Counted from the first letter of the stretch, positions 36,963 through 51,589 are shown. The stretch: 64,000 nucleotides of DNA from Octopus bimaculoides (GCF_001194135.2 NC_068987.1:9947902-10011901), one strand, 5' to 3'. Made by a program: numbers and translations. Notes: generated from the sequence alone by a model not told the origin.

Positions 36963-39742
36963 AAGTGTTGTCACTTCTAGTACTGCTACAGGTACTACTA
37001 CTTATCGCAAACCCTGTTGCTGATTCGTTCACGCTACACATCTATAAATCTCAGTTTGACGTAATAACAATAGAGTTGTTGATGCAATGACAAAGGATCA
37101 TATGAGGACGTAACACTTTAACAAATGAAAAGTTTTAAACTAGATTCCTACGTCCAGATACATATTCATAATTGTCTATATTAGGAATTATTTCGACAGA
37201 CCCTTCGCAGATAAGAAGACTCGACTGTTGATCACTTGTCATCGAGTGAACCGCCATCATGTCTCCTCATTTTCATAACATGATCAGCGATCGCTTCACG
37301 TTTATTTAGATTTATTGCAAACATATCAATGTTATGTTTCTACTGATGTTTTCACCGAACATTTTTATTTAAGTTTGTTACAATAAAATTTAATTTTATG
37401 ATGTCGTCAGATATGTTTACAAAATATTTTACTTTAATGGCAAAACCATGTTTTCAGTCTGCACATCGGTGTTAAAATTTTATGGCAAGACACACTTTCA
37501 TGAATATTATCATAACGAGGATTGTGAACTTATCATGATTAAATTGTATCTCAAATGCTGGTTTAAATAATACATTTATCTATAATATATTTGGGGAAGA
37601 AATCGTATATAAAGTAGACAGGAGGTGAAAGCCCTTTATGGAACTTCATGATAGAGGTATATTTATAATAATCATATTGATAACATTGCTAATACTTCAA
37701 TTCAAAAATTTTCGCCTTCATAAATTCATAAATTCACAACTTCACATTCTTCTTCTGAGACGAAAAAGGAAACTTTATACTTAAAATGAATAAATACCCT
37801 TGAATAAAAAGATAAAAATTAACCACCAAAATGAAATGAAGTGGAGTTTGCTAGGCATTGTCATCAGACTGAGGAAGTACAAAATTGTTGTTGAAATCAA
37901 TTTCTTCGTTATTTTACTTTACGACTTTTCTAAAATATAATTCCTTAATGCCGCTATCTTTCTATAGTTTTCAGATCATAAAAGAGCAAAATATAAAAAA
38001 GCCGATTTGTGAATACCTTGTAATATCTTATTTTATACATGTCGGTATTTCAATCGTAAATTATTTTACATCCATTTAATAGAGCCGATTAAATAAAAAA
38101 TCAAAATAAAGCAACGACTGACAGATTTGAGACACAATTTTCTTTTTCCTTCGCCAGTCTAGTTATTTAACATTGCTGAAACAGCAATGGAAATACGATT
38201 GAGGTGCTAAGACGAAGCCATTAAATAATTTCAATTACACATCATACTATAAAGTTACATAGTTGCCCAATAATCTACAGCATAGAAAGAGGCGAACTCT
38301 GTACAACTGATTTTCCCCCTGATGTTTTAACTCTTAATGGATCAATATATAATTATTAAAGATCTTGTCTTATTGAAGTGTTTTAAAGCGTGGGAGCTAA
38401 TCAAGCTATTATCTTCTATGATCCAAGGTCGCAGGTTATGAAGAGACTTTGGAATTAATTGTCAGTCGTAGATCAAACGTGATACGCTTTACTCGACAAC
38501 CTGTTAGTTTTATCTTTACCACCACTGTACAGCCTATTGGATAATGTTTGCAACAGCAATTCGATTCATTTCTGTTGAGCTTCATCACGTTTAAAAATAA
38601 ATGAAAAGATAAAATGAAAGCAGAAACAGAAATAATGAGAAAAAAATAAATAAAGAGAGAATATTGGAAAGTCTAGGAACAAAGAAATGATACTATGAAA
38701 GGGAATAATTAAACCTTTTCATTCTGTTAATACTTTCATTCGGAAAGAGTACTAATCTCTGGGACTATTGTTTTTAAGATCCCAAACCAAATTGTGGTAT
38801 ATTTCACATGTAGCAAACATGTGTGTGTGTGTGTGTGTGCGCGCGCGCGTGCGTGCGTGCGTGTATGCGTGTATGGGTGTGTGTATTATGTAATATATAT
38901 ATATATGCATACATTTACATACATATATATATATATGTATATATATACATATTTAAATATATACATATGTATGCGTATAAATATATATATATATATATAT
39001 ATACGTATATATACCGACATATCTATCTATCTATCTATATCTATATATATGTATATATATCATAACAGCCAACAAAGAAGGATATTTACGATATGGCATT
39101 CATTTAAGCTACTTGAAAAACTCTGATTATTCTTAGTTGTGGATTAGCATAATCCCTTTGATTAACTTGCTCGTGGTATTAGTCCCCTTTGGCATCCCTT
39201 GGTTTATTGTCTTGTTTTTTCTAATATTATTTTCAGCTACATATTTTTTACGCAGGAGATGACAACTCCATTTTTATGTTTTTAAAACTTGTTTCCGGTT
39301 AGTGACTCTTTACTTTTCCGACCACTGACTTCATCTTAGTTTTAACGCCATTCTTCTCACAACTCGTATTTCTCATTTGCTTTGTTGCTTTGTTTATAAT
39401 TTCAGGGTATTTACCTTTCTTGTTGTTGCCTATCATTTCTAACCCGTTATCCATCTATTTTCCACCGGCTTTTGTCTCTTAGTCATTATTGCAAATATTT
39501 ATTGATTTTTCCCTCCTTTTATTGCAACGGATATTTTTTTATAGTCTTCTATTTACAAATATAATCTTCTCTTCCTTTTGCACTTTTCTTTTTTTATGTT
39601 TCTGCTTTGATTTATTTTGTCACATTATAAAGTTAATTTCTATCCTTCTCTTCTCTTCAATCTTTCTCTTAGAGATATTGTTATTTTAAATTTCCTACAT
39701 CTTCCTCTCCCACTAATTTTGTAGCAAACACATACGCACACA

Positions 39743-39807
<65 letters not shown>

Positions 39808-39810
39808 ACA

Positions 39811-39855
<45 letters not shown>

Positions 39856-40277
39856 CATATATATATACATATACAAACATATACATATATATATTCATTA
39901 TATATTTGTCTCTTTCTCCCTACAAACACACACACATATATATAGATATATATATATATGTATATGTTTGTGGCCCTTCTCTATGTCTATGTGTTTCTAG
40001 CCATAGCTCCCGGTCTGTTTGTATTTTATATGTTCTCTCATAAAAACATTTTTGGAAGAGCATTGTTTTATGTTAAATTTTTGCACAAGACTTATACTTC
40101 ATTTGCATGAAATATCTTAGTTATATCACGTTTTAGTTATTCCTGATTTAAACAACAAGAGACGTTATGGAACCGTTTTAAGCTCTTAGATGGAGTTATA
40201 TATACATATTGACATTACAGACAAAGCGCTTGTACATATTATATTTAACCTAACTACAGGCATGGGAATATATATAT

Positions 40278-40370
<93 letters not shown>

Positions 40371-40900
40371 TGTATGTATGCATGCTTAGTGTGCATTGCA
40401 TCATACACATACCATTGTACATATATATATATATATATATATACATATATAATGTTATAGCTTGTATAACAGATCCTGTGTTGTACGTGTATAGCGTTGC
40501 CCTAGCACAACTCTTGAAATGCCGGACAAGTATTCATCCATAATTCTATTTCCATAGATTTTCATATATTTTATATATACTTTTGTTGTCTACCTTCATT
40601 AATATTATTGTTGTAATTTTTTTTTATATATTTTGTATGAATCTTAAGTAGTATTTCTTTAACCATCATTAATTCTATGGAAGTTATTCGATAGCTGAAT
40701 GCCCCTTACGTTGCTAATTCTAACACTAAAAACAAGGGGAAAACAATTTGTTTGGTGGTCAAAAAAAGATATGGGAAGATAACTTGGTTTTTATTTATGC
40801 AAGGCATACAGTGCAATGGTTCTAGTTTATTTTTTAATTTGTTTTTCCGCACAATCAGTATAACTGCAGACAGTCAGAGAAATGAACGCTGGAAGGTGGT

Positions 40901-40998
40901 ATGGCTACTGCAACTAGTGTCAATGGCTCTTCTCCGCGGCAGTGCCGCTTTTGCAACCATACCCACGATGCTCGGCTAAACAAGCTATTTGCTATGGG
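40901..40998 (+). CDS. Putative first coding exon of a plus-strand gene (MATATSVNGSSPRQCRFCNHTHDARLNKLFAMG)
   Basis: ATG in good context (ggtATGg), locally raised GC, 32 open codons, then GG|GTaaat donor (phase 2). Confidence 0.5.
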
Positions 40999-41327
40999 GT
41001 AAATAACCCGTCCCTCATCTGCAGCTCAACACGTATCCCCTTTTCTCTTTGTTTCGTTTGATGGGTAGTTACGTTTTTTTTTTATCTATAATTTGATCTT
41101 TTATACTTTAAATGTTTCTTCTTCGTTTTCTTACTGTTTTTAATGTAGCTGTTTGTTTATATCTACTTTCTAGACAGACAATGCACAATTCTAATTATAT
41201 TTGAAATCTTAAATATATATATACAAGATTAGTATTCCTCCGCAGTTATTTTGCCTTCTGCACTCAACACTGAAGTGTGTCAAAACTTAGAAATAACTAT
41301 ACGTAGTCTGATCAATAAGTCTCTCTT

Positions 41328-41401
<74 letters not shown>

Positions 41402-42027
41402 ATACATATATATATATACATATAGATATCTGCACGTATAAGTTTTGAGAAGAATGTGCTATCCTGTAATTGTTGGCTTGCATGTTAATTATTGCCATCC
41501 AATCCAACTAATATGGTTAAGCATCCAAGACGACTGTCCTCAGTCTTCAACAACTTCCAATAAACACCTATGGGAGTGATTCGAGTTTATGAGTTAGCAC
41601 GTCTATTCCCATGTTTCGAGCGGTCACTATCGCGAATTTCACAATATTAACTATATTTACGTACAATACATTATCGCTACATGGAGGTGATAAATTCCAT
41701 GAATAGGAATCACAGTTCAACATTTAAACTGAGGGACCTTGAAAATAAATTAATCAAGGAGAGGTAAAACTTGTAACGTATAAACAAGCACATCTATTTA
41801 CACGAATAGAACTAAAAGTATTTTTTTCCTAGAAATCGAGGATATAGCATTAAATATAGTCAGTTATATTAATACATACTCTTGATTGGTAAATGTGATT
41901 GATAAGCTATCGAAAGTAGTATAAAATGCGCCAGTACTTAGTTTTCAGACGAAGTCGACGATATGACAGAAGTGTTCATATGCGTGTGTGTGTGTTATAT
42001 ATATTTAACATGTATTACATATACTCT

Positions 42028-42172
42028 TTTACACTTTTACCCTTTTACTTGTTTCATTCATTTGACTGCGGCCATGCTGGTGCACCGCCATTATTCGAGC
42101 AATTTGACCCCAGGATTTATTCTTTGCAGGCCTAGTACTTAATTTATCGGTCTCATTTGCCGAACAGCTAAG
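42028..42172 (-). mobile_element. Repeat family B copy (partial)
   Basis: cttttacttgtttcattcatttgactgcggccatgctgg. Confidence 0.75.
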
Positions 42173-42352
42173 AAATACATAAACCCGGAGAAGCACACTC
42201 TAAGATGTAGAGCAGTGAATATCATAGTAAGGTAGGCTAAACCCCTTATGAGCGAGAAACCCAGGGTAACCCATAAACCGGCCTACCCCACTATAATATA
42301 TGTATATATTTATTTATTGTCACAGAAATATAAATCTTTCTGAGATAGATAG

Positions 42353-42383
<31 letters not shown>

Positions 42384-42386
42384 GAT

Positions 42387-42421
<35 letters not shown>

Positions 42422-43524
42422 TAGATGATTAGAAAATTAGAAAATGCAGCAGGTGACCCTAATGCTAAAGCGGGACCAAAGTTCATATTAAAAATATATG
42501 GTTTAATAAAGAATTTTGCTCTGTGCAAGAGAAATAATAAGGAGTAAAAGGTTGATTGAATTTATAGAAAGCAGAGACTCTAAGATTGTGAAAAACGTAT
42601 TTGTAGAATTTGAATAGAAAGTGTACTTGGAAGATGCTAAATAAAATTGCAAATAGATTACATAATGATAAATAAGGAAAGTGCAGTGAAAGATGTAATA
42701 GTTCTCTTACCGTTTAATATTCGAAGAAATGTGACCACTGGTGGGGGTCAAACTTCAGTTTAATACCGAACTAGAAATAGCTACATTTTCAGAGACAGTA
42801 ATCCGTAATGGACAAATATGGGATCTAGTTCAAAACGGGGGCACCAGTTTTCATTTATGTTTTATGTAGTGTTTTTGGTACCGAAAGACTTTCAAACTTC
42901 GTATACTTATCTATTTTGTGTTATAGAACAGAAAAAAATGTTTGTATTCGAAGTTATTTCATGTAAAAAATTGTCTTATTTCGATAATTTCAACCAATCG
43001 CTGACAAGTATTCAGCTGTTTACAGTTACTCCTTTGGCAGTTTNNNNNNNNNNNNNNNNNNNNNNNNNNNNNNNNNNNNNNNNNNNNNNNNNNNNNNNNN
43101 NNNNNNNNNNNNNNNNNNNNNNNNNNNNNNNNNNNNNNNNNNNNNNNNNNNNNNNNNNNNNNNNNNNNNNNNNNNNNNNNNNNNNNNNNNNNNNNNNNNN
43201 NNNNNNNNNNNNNNNNNNNNNNNNNNNNNNNNNNNNNNNNNNNNNNNNNNNNNNNNNNNNNNNNNNNNNNNNNNNNNNNNNNNNNNNNNNNNNNNNNNNN
43301 NNNNNNNNNNNNNNNNNNNNNNNNNNNNNNNNNNNNNNNNNNNNNNNNNNNNNNNNNNNNNNNNNNNNNNNNNNNNNNNNNNNNNNNNNNNNNNNNNNNN
43401 NNNNNNNNNNNNNNNNNNNNNNNNNNNNNNNNNNNNNNNNNNNNNNNNNNNNNNNNNNNNNNNNNNNNNNNNNNNNNNNNNNNNNNNNNNNNNNNNGATC
43501 CCAAATATGAAACAGAAATATTAT

Positions 43525-43722
43525 CTTTTCTTTCTTTTACCTGTTTCAGTCATTATACGGCGGCCATGCTGGAGCAGCACCTTGAATTCGTTTAGGCTAA
43601 TACTTGAATCGACCCCAATACTTCTTTTTAAAGGCTGGCACTTATTCTGTTGCCGAACCGCTAGGTTAGGGGGAGGCAAACACACCAACACCGGTTGTTA
43701 AACGATGATGCGGGACAAAACA
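43525..43722 (-). mobile_element. Repeat family B copy
   Basis: gtttcagtcatt...cggccatgctggagca...gccgaaccgctag. Confidence 0.75.
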
Positions 43723-43968
43723 GACACAAAGACACATACACATCGATACATACATACACACATACATACATACATACATACTTACATACATACATATATG
43801 TGCAATGCCTTTCAAAATTATAAATACGTCACCTTCCTTCAAATTAAATCAATAAATAGAAGGTAGAAAAGGCCGAGACACAAAACCTGTTGCTGTTTGA
43901 GATGGAGCCAAATAGATTCTAGGTGTAGAAGACGAAATATCCATAGATATAATAAGGTTATTTCACAG

Positions 43969-44048
43969 ACTGTGTAACATGGAAGTCACTGGTGACTCAC
44001 CACACCGTACTCTTAATGTACAGTGGGAGACACTGAAGATTCCCAACG
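43969..44048 (+). CDS. Putative exon 2 of plus-strand gene (LCNMEVTGDSPHRTLNVQWETLKIPN)
   Basis: Acceptor ttatttcacAG, donor G|GTgaca. 80 nt, phase 2 to 1, matches exon 1 phase. Confidence 0.5.
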
Positions 44049-46335
44049 GTGACATTTTCTTTTTCATTGGAGACTCATATTACTGTGGTTCAAACTACAT
44101 TATTCGAATTGTAGCAAATCAACAAAATACATATTTTTTTAATTTTTCGTATAGTTTTCAATTTGAATCAATAGAAGCTAAAATAGAACTTTGGAAGAAG
44201 GGTGCAGGTCACTACCATCTCCATCATTAGAACGCTACCCTCAATAAAATATTTTTTGTGGTAAAAAAAAGATCCATTACAACTTTTATAATATAATCTG
44301 AAATATAACCTGCGGGGAAAAATCATTAGTAAATGAGGGGGAGGGGGAATAATCTATAAATGGAGGTAAAATGGACATTTAAGAAATTTAAACATGTATA
44401 CCACCGATTACTCTCACGGTACAATGAATATAATATTCATTCTGTATCGCGGGAGTCACCGGTGATACTCAAGCCGTAAACCAGTCTAGTTGTGTATATA
44501 GTGAACTAGAAAATAAATACGGTAAAAATTTTATAAAATGCATAATGTATAGACCGCCTGCCCCAAGCAAAATATGATGCACAAAGGGTTTCGTAGGGAG
44601 AGTATTAAGGATGCGTTAGTGGATTAAGCTGACCGTAGTAATTGAGTGGTACTTTATTTTATAGACCATGGAAGAATAAGAGACAAAATTAACATCCGTG
44701 GAATTCGAACTCGCAACTTAGAGAGTCACAAATATACACAGTGAGGTATTTTGTCCGAAGAACTAACCATCCGTCCACTAGCACGATATAAAAGTAGTAA
44801 TCTTTATATATGCAAATTCTCTATTAATCAATCATATCTATCCGAGATAAATAAATAAATATTTATAGAAAGATCTGCAAATAAAGAAAGAAAGAAAGAA
44901 GTACAAAAGGAAAATGTTAGTAAAACTGAGCATCTCTCCTCTTTCTGAAGAATTCTTTTAGTCAAACCTCTCCGATGACAATATCAACGTTTGACAAATG
45001 AAAACGGTTCCTCCACTCGGTTTCCAGTTAAGAACGTTGCTACGTAATTGCTATCTTAGAAGCTTATAATATTATACCCAAACATCAGCATCATTCTTTT
45101 GGTAATACTACAGCAAGATAAATGTCTTATTTTAATGCTGAACCAACATTTTATAGCAAACTCAATAATCAATATTCTTTAAAGAAATTAATAAGACATT
45201 TGTTAGCAATGCGGTTGCTGTTTAATGGATGTATCTAGTCATTGTGTGTTGTTGTGTGTTATGATAATGTGGAGGAAATGTATTTAATTGTTCAACGAAT
45301 AATAAATAACGTTCTTCTTATTTCAATGAATCGCCGTTTAAATATATTGAATATATATTCATTGAATTCAGCCGATGAGATGCCAAACTTCGGTTTATAT
45401 TGTTTTAGATTATCAATAATGTAACTGAGCCAAAGCAAACAATCCTGCATATATATATATAAGATATGAACAAGCATGTATTATGCCTGCATTAGGCCGA
45501 CCTTTACATTACCTATAGTCAACGCTCTTAACTCTACGCATACTGTATCCCTCCACGTAAAGTCGGATTATTGCTATTGGGTTTGGCCCGAGCACTTACT
45601 GCATTATATTACATGTCGTTTTTGACAGTTTCTCCCTTATTGCTCATACATACATGCATACATACACACACACATACATACATACATACATACTAGGCTT
45701 CTCAAAAGTAGAAAGGTGAAAGCTGATTCGAAGACTACAGATCCAATCCATCACTGGAACTGTAAATAAATATGTTGAAAAACTTTCCAGAAGTTTAACA
45801 TTTAAACATATATGAGCATGTCTAGATATGCAGGTATACGCATGAGATGACATACATAAAACAGAACATACAAATCTGCACACATACATACATACATACA
45901 TACATACATACAAAAATACTCTGTTGATGTGAAAATTCCAATGAAGGAGCCTTGGGTCTAGCTTAGTAACCGAATCGTTCTATATTGGCAGAAAACTTGA
46001 AATCAAACTGAATAAGAGGATATACGTACACACACACATTGTTGAATGTCCTGTCGTAGACGCCAGATGAATTTTCGGATCTTGGTGCTGGACAAATTGC
46101 ACAGATGATTTGCTTATAATGATGAAATGTTTCGGCTTCCATCGAATCTATATAAAGTAAATAACTGTGCAATGTGCTATACGTCCTGTGTCAAAGTCAA
46201 AGCGATCGTAGAACAACATGAAATGAAGTGTTTTGCTCAAGAATAAACTCGCCGCCTTGTTCGGTAATCGAAACTGCGACCCCCCTCGTGATCTTGGGTG
46301 CCCCATCCTAACCACTAGACCATGCGCCTTCACAC

Positions 46336-46382
<47 letters not shown>

Positions 46383-46799
46383 AAAAACACACACACAAAC
46401 ACACACACACACACACAAACATAGTCCGCCTAAAAAAATGTATACAGACTTCAGGAAAGGAAAAATCTGTGTAGCTATATTTAACTTGTCTAAGTACCTC
46501 TGTAAATGTAGATACCTTTTTTAGATGTCTTATGAAATTATTGCGATGATACTGAATAAACTATAATAACACTGAAGAAAAATATTCATACAGACTTTTC
46601 TTCCTTTCCTGAAGTGTGTATACATCTTTTGAGCGGCTTCTACTGTTTATAAATAAATAAAGGACCGAACCAGTGCGTGTGTTTTTTTACCGGCATAATG
46701 CCTCTCCCAAGGTTTAATAGCATATATATATATATATTTATTTATTCATAAATGTGTGTGTGTGTGTTTCTGTGTGTGTGTTTGTGGCTGCGTTTGTCC

Positions 46800-47000
46800 A
46801 CTCACCACTAACGCTTGACAACCGGTGTTGATGTGTTTGCGTCCCCGATTAACTAGCGGTTCGGCAAAGGGTCCGATGGAATAAGTACCAGGTTTAAAAT
46901 ATAAGCATTATTGGGGCGGAGAGCGCCGATTCATTCGACTAAAAATTCAAGGCGGTGCTCCAGCATGGCAGCAGTGCAATGACTGACAAGTAAAAGATGA
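46800..47000 (+). mobile_element. Repeat family B copy
   Basis: acgcttgacaaccggtg...ggcggtgctccagcatggcagcag. Confidence 0.75.
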
Positions 47001-47031
47001 AATGTATATCCTCAGACATCTTGCAATGTTA

Positions 47032-47091
<60 letters not shown>

Positions 47092-48343
47092 TAATGACGT
47101 CAGCGTTGATTCTATTGAAATATGAACTAAGCAATCCATAGAAACAATTGCATATAATAAATATTACTGGTTTCCTCTGGAGGTGATACTACTTTAAACA
47201 GTTACACACATCTGACGGAAGATGGCGCTGCTGATCAGGATATTTAATGGGAATTAACAGCTTTCCCATTAAGTATCAGAAATTCAGGATCACTGGAGCA
47301 TGAATATACGTAATTACTTCACGCCCTCAGAATAAGGTATATGATATATGAGATAGAGTCAGAGAATGAGGGAGAAGGAGTGAGCGGTGAGAAATTGGGA
47401 GAGATATAGAGAGAGAAAGAGGGGAGTGGGAGGGAGGGAGGGAGTGAGAGGGAAATATTTTCAGCTTGTGTATGTATATATATTTACATACACCCACATA
47501 AATCCTATATATGCGTAGGTAGATGCAAATATACATACGTGTATATACAAATACACACACACACACACACANNNNNNNNNNNNNNNNNNNNNNNNNNNNN
47601 NNNNNNNNNNNNNNNNNNNNNNNNNNNNNNNNNNNNNNNNNNNNNNNNNNNNNNNNNNNNNNNNNNNNNNNNNNNNNNNNNNNNNNNNNNNNNNNNNNNN
47701 NNNNNNNNNNNNNNNNNNNNNNNNNNNNNNNNNNNNNNNNNNNNNNNNNNNNNNNNNNNNNNNNNNNNNNNNNNNNNNNNNNNNNNNNNNNNNNNNNNNN
47801 NNNNNNNNNNNNNNNNNNNNNNNNNNNNNNNNNNNNNNNNNNNNNNNNNNNNNNNNNNNNNNNNNNNNNNNNNNNNNNNNNNNNNNNNNNNNNNNNNNNN
47901 NNNNNNNNNNNNNNNNNNNNNNNNNNNNNNNNNNNNNNNNNNNNNNNNNNNNNNNNNNNNNNNNNNNNNNNNNNNNNNNNNNNNNNNNNNNNNNNNNNNN
48001 NNNNNNNNNNNNNNNNNNNNNNNNNNNNNNNNNNNNNNNNNNNNNNNNNNNNNNNNNNNNNNNNNNNNNNNNNNNNNNNNNNNNNNNNNNNNNNNNNNNN
48101 NNNNNNNNNNNNNNNNNNNNNNNNNNNNNNNNNNNNNNNNNNNNNNNNNNNNNNNNNNNNNNNNNNNNNNNNNNNNNNNNNNNNNNNNNNNNNNNNNNNN
48201 NNNNNNNNNNNNNNNNNNNNNNNNNNNNNNNNNNNNNNNNNNNNNNNNNNNNNNNNNNNNNNNNNNNNNNNNNNNNNNNNNNNNNNNNNNNNNNNNNNNN
48301 NNNNNNNNNNNNNNNNNNNNNNNNNNNNNNNNNNNNNNNNNNN

Positions 48344-48376
<33 letters not shown>

Positions 48377-49372
48377 TAGATAGATAGATAGATACATACA
48401 TACATACATACATACATACACATAAGTATGTATGTATGTATGTAGTTATGTATGTAATTCTCTATCTCTCTCTCTATGTATATATGTGGGTATATGCGTG
48501 TATGTTTGATGCGTTGTGCCCTTGAGGAAACCACTTCATTTCACGTTGCTCCACTCCACTCAGCTGTCAGAAAGAAATGAGTATTCGTGCGACTGATCGG
48601 CAACCGTCCAGCGGGTGGAGGGAATACATATGCCACAAAAACAAGGAAAACGGCTTTATATGGCTCGGGAAGGATCTTTATTTCTTATCTGTTCCATAAG
48701 CCGATCCTTTTTTTCTTTCCTTTTTATCGTTTACGCATACGCCATTGTGTCAATACGCCTGTGTGTATACCAGCATGTGTGAGGATGCTTGAGTGAAGCA
48801 GAAACATAAAGCAAACCTACTTATTTAAGTGTATTTCCGGTACATAATACTAATTAAATACTAAAGGAAAAAAAAAACTATACAAAAGACACAAATGCAG
48901 TCAGGAAATAATTATATTAAATATTGAGATAAAACTGCAATATACGCATATAGAGATAACTACAGGTTTGTGTAAATGACTGATATAATCTGCTAAATGG
49001 TATAAATGGACATTAAACATAATAGACTTTTATTAGCTCTTCTGTTATGGTTAGCATCGTTGGAGAGAAGATATCGGTGTGGATGAGTTTGCGTCCACGT
49101 ATCTTAGCGGTTCGTCAAAGAAACCGATAGAATAAGTACCAGGCTTAAAATATAAGTACAGGAGGTCGGTCCATTCGACTAAAAATTCAAGGCCGTGCCC
49201 CAGTATCGTTGGAGTGAAGATGTCGGTGTGGATAAGGCGAGCTCTATTTGCGATTATGTTTCTAACAGCAGCCATTGCAATTTCACTGCACTCCGGTCCC
49301 AATCTGTCTTAATAAATGACATTTTTGAATGAGCAAAATGCACAAATAAGATATTAATTGTCGAGACGTTGG

Positions 49373-49599
49373 TTGTCTTCCTCGACAATCGCGGGTGTTA
49401 CGTTCCAAAAAACCCCGCGATAGTTGAAAATCCGCGAAGTAGAAAAAGCACTGTGCGGTATATTTTTTAAAATTATCTTTATAATTCGTATATATTTATT
49501 TTATTATATTACATATGCAAAACAACACCACGGAGGAATCGACGTAAGCTTAAATAATAAACCGCGATATGTGAACCACGATATAGCGAGTTATTACTG
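49373..49599. mobile_element. pogo/Tigger-like MITE
   Basis: Degenerate TIRs (cctcgacaatcgcgg / cagtaataactcgctatatcgtgg) and subterminal gttacgttcc...ccccgcgatagttgaaaatccgcga, resembling Tigger ends. Confidence 0.6.
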
Positions 49600-50722
49600 C
49601 ATATGTGTAAGGTTGACTGCTTCTGCGGAATTTTATCGGGTTTAGCATACCCGCATTTATTCTCTGTAAATATCTATGCTTTCTACAATTTTTTGAACAC
49701 GTCGCCATATTTTGTACAACGTCTTTCACGCCTGCCATCTTTTTTATATAACTTGGTAAAACCAACACTGCATGTCTTCGTAAAGATTCCGTTTACCGTT
49801 CATTGTATTTTATTGTATCCCTGGATGCGTTGTTACTTATAAAGTCGTTGCTTTTACTGTTGTTGTTTACTGATACGGATTTGTTTTGGTGAAATGTCTA
49901 TTTTGACAGCTCCGTTATCTTGCATTATGTTAATATTCTTCAATATTTGTCGGATTCTTTTTAGAAATTCGCTTGCATCTAAGTCAAGAAAGGTGAGCAC
50001 TAAGTTTCTTTCAATTTTTCTCGCTTATGAAGCGAAAAAACAAAACAAAAGTGTCGTTTTGAGTAGCTTCTTGTGTTAAACCGAGATTCATCACAGACAT
50101 GTCACTGAATCGCACCCCGGGTAGGCAAAATCCTTAAATCATCCACAAAAATGACACAGTAAAAAATAAAACACAAAGTGACAAGCAATAAGAATTTTAC
50201 AAAATATAATGGCAATTCCAGTCGTCTGAGTAAAAATGTTAGCAAAGTTAGCAAACATTAACAACTCTCTTGACTACAGCATAGTAGATTCATAAACGAA
50301 TATTGATAAAATAAAAAACTCAATAAAATAAAATAAAATTTCGAGCAAGCTATTTAGTATCTTTATATTTGCTTGAAATAAGAGGCAATGTTAAACATGA
50401 ACAAACTGTTAGATCAATCATCAATTTCCCGGAGATTTTGTATCAAAAGCAAACGCATGCCTGCCAGAGTGTTTTATTCAATAAAGAGAAAATGAAGTCG
50501 TCTGCTTATTTATCGCGGAAAACGGAGCAATTTTTCTCACGACCACAAAAGAACACTTAGATGTAGTAGTAGCTAACACGTGGGGTATTATCCCATTGAC
50601 AGGTAAAGAGAAGGGCCACAGAGTTATGAGTTTGTTTTCTAAAACTGGGTACTGTACAAAGGTGAAAGCCAAGTTGGTTTCCTACACTCCCTATCTATAC
50701 AATATTGTCACGGAAAAGTGAC

Positions 50723-50782
50723 CATGTTAGAAAAGTGTTATGGCTTTGTTAGAAAAGTGCTATGGCTTTGTTAGAAAAGTGT
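50723..50782. repeat. 22-bp tandem repeat (gttagaaaagtgytatggcttt), about 2.6 units
   Basis: Direct reading. Confidence 0.85.
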
Positions 50783-50829
50783 TTTGGTTCTTAGCTTGTC
50801 GACCCCTTAATATCACAGGTTTGGCAGGT

Positions 50830-51420
50830 GGAGCTAGCAGAAGTAATCCAGAATTACATGTGGTTGGGTGAGAAGCTCAATGGACACAACAGTCCTTATG
50901 ATATCTAGGAAATCCCAAAAAAGAAAAAAATACGAATGAGACTTGTAGGCAGGACAAGCAGTCCGGTGCTAGATAGGAGTACGAAAAACCATTTGTGATC
51001 TTGTTAGCCACATGAGCTTAAACAACGAAAGGAAAGAGAACAACTGAAGCACTGTTCTGCCAAAAGAAAAAAACCCTGCTGTTTTCAAAAGCCTAACAGG
51101 TGAAGTTACAAAACCATCAAACGAGAATGCTCAACTCTGTGTACCAGAGGCTGAGAAAGTCACGGTCTCCAGAGCACTGATGGTCATATGAACTATGGTG
51201 GTGAATGAATTGATCTTGTAGGCAATTCCTGAAACCAGCGGCCAGGAACCCAACTCCTTGATATTACCAGTAACGCCACGACATCGTATTATGAAGAAGA
51301 TGTGATAGATATTGAAAGCAAAAACGATTTCAGTTTGTGTAAGAAAGCAGAAAATGAGGGGGAAGAAAACACCCACCCGGTCAGAAGACAACTAGAAAGG
51401 GTGAGAATGTGCCACCACCT
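50830..51420 (+). mobile_element. Possible highly decayed RLE-type non-LTR retrotransposon 3' region
   Basis: Faint similarity of LCVPEAEKVTVSRALMVI*TMVVNELIL to the RPDxVIWS..VILIELTVP motif; many stops. Confidence 0.25.
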
Positions 51421-51548
51421 CAGAGCGATGACAAATTTCATAAACAGATATCAATAGCGAAGCTGTGTTACAGCAGATATTGCCCGGGTATGTTAATCAC
51501 GGTAGCTCAAACATGGCCGATATATTAAAAGACATTCAACCGACAGAT

Positions 51549-51589
<41 letters not shown>

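Noticed and set aside
39130-39680. Purine-rich minus strand resembling a LINE ORF
   Set aside because: No diagnostic RT or endonuclease motif readable.
44002-44083. Minus-strand exon ending at a GTGAGT donor overlapping plus exon 2
   Set aside because: No chain of partners; the plus-strand reading is phase-consistent on both sides.
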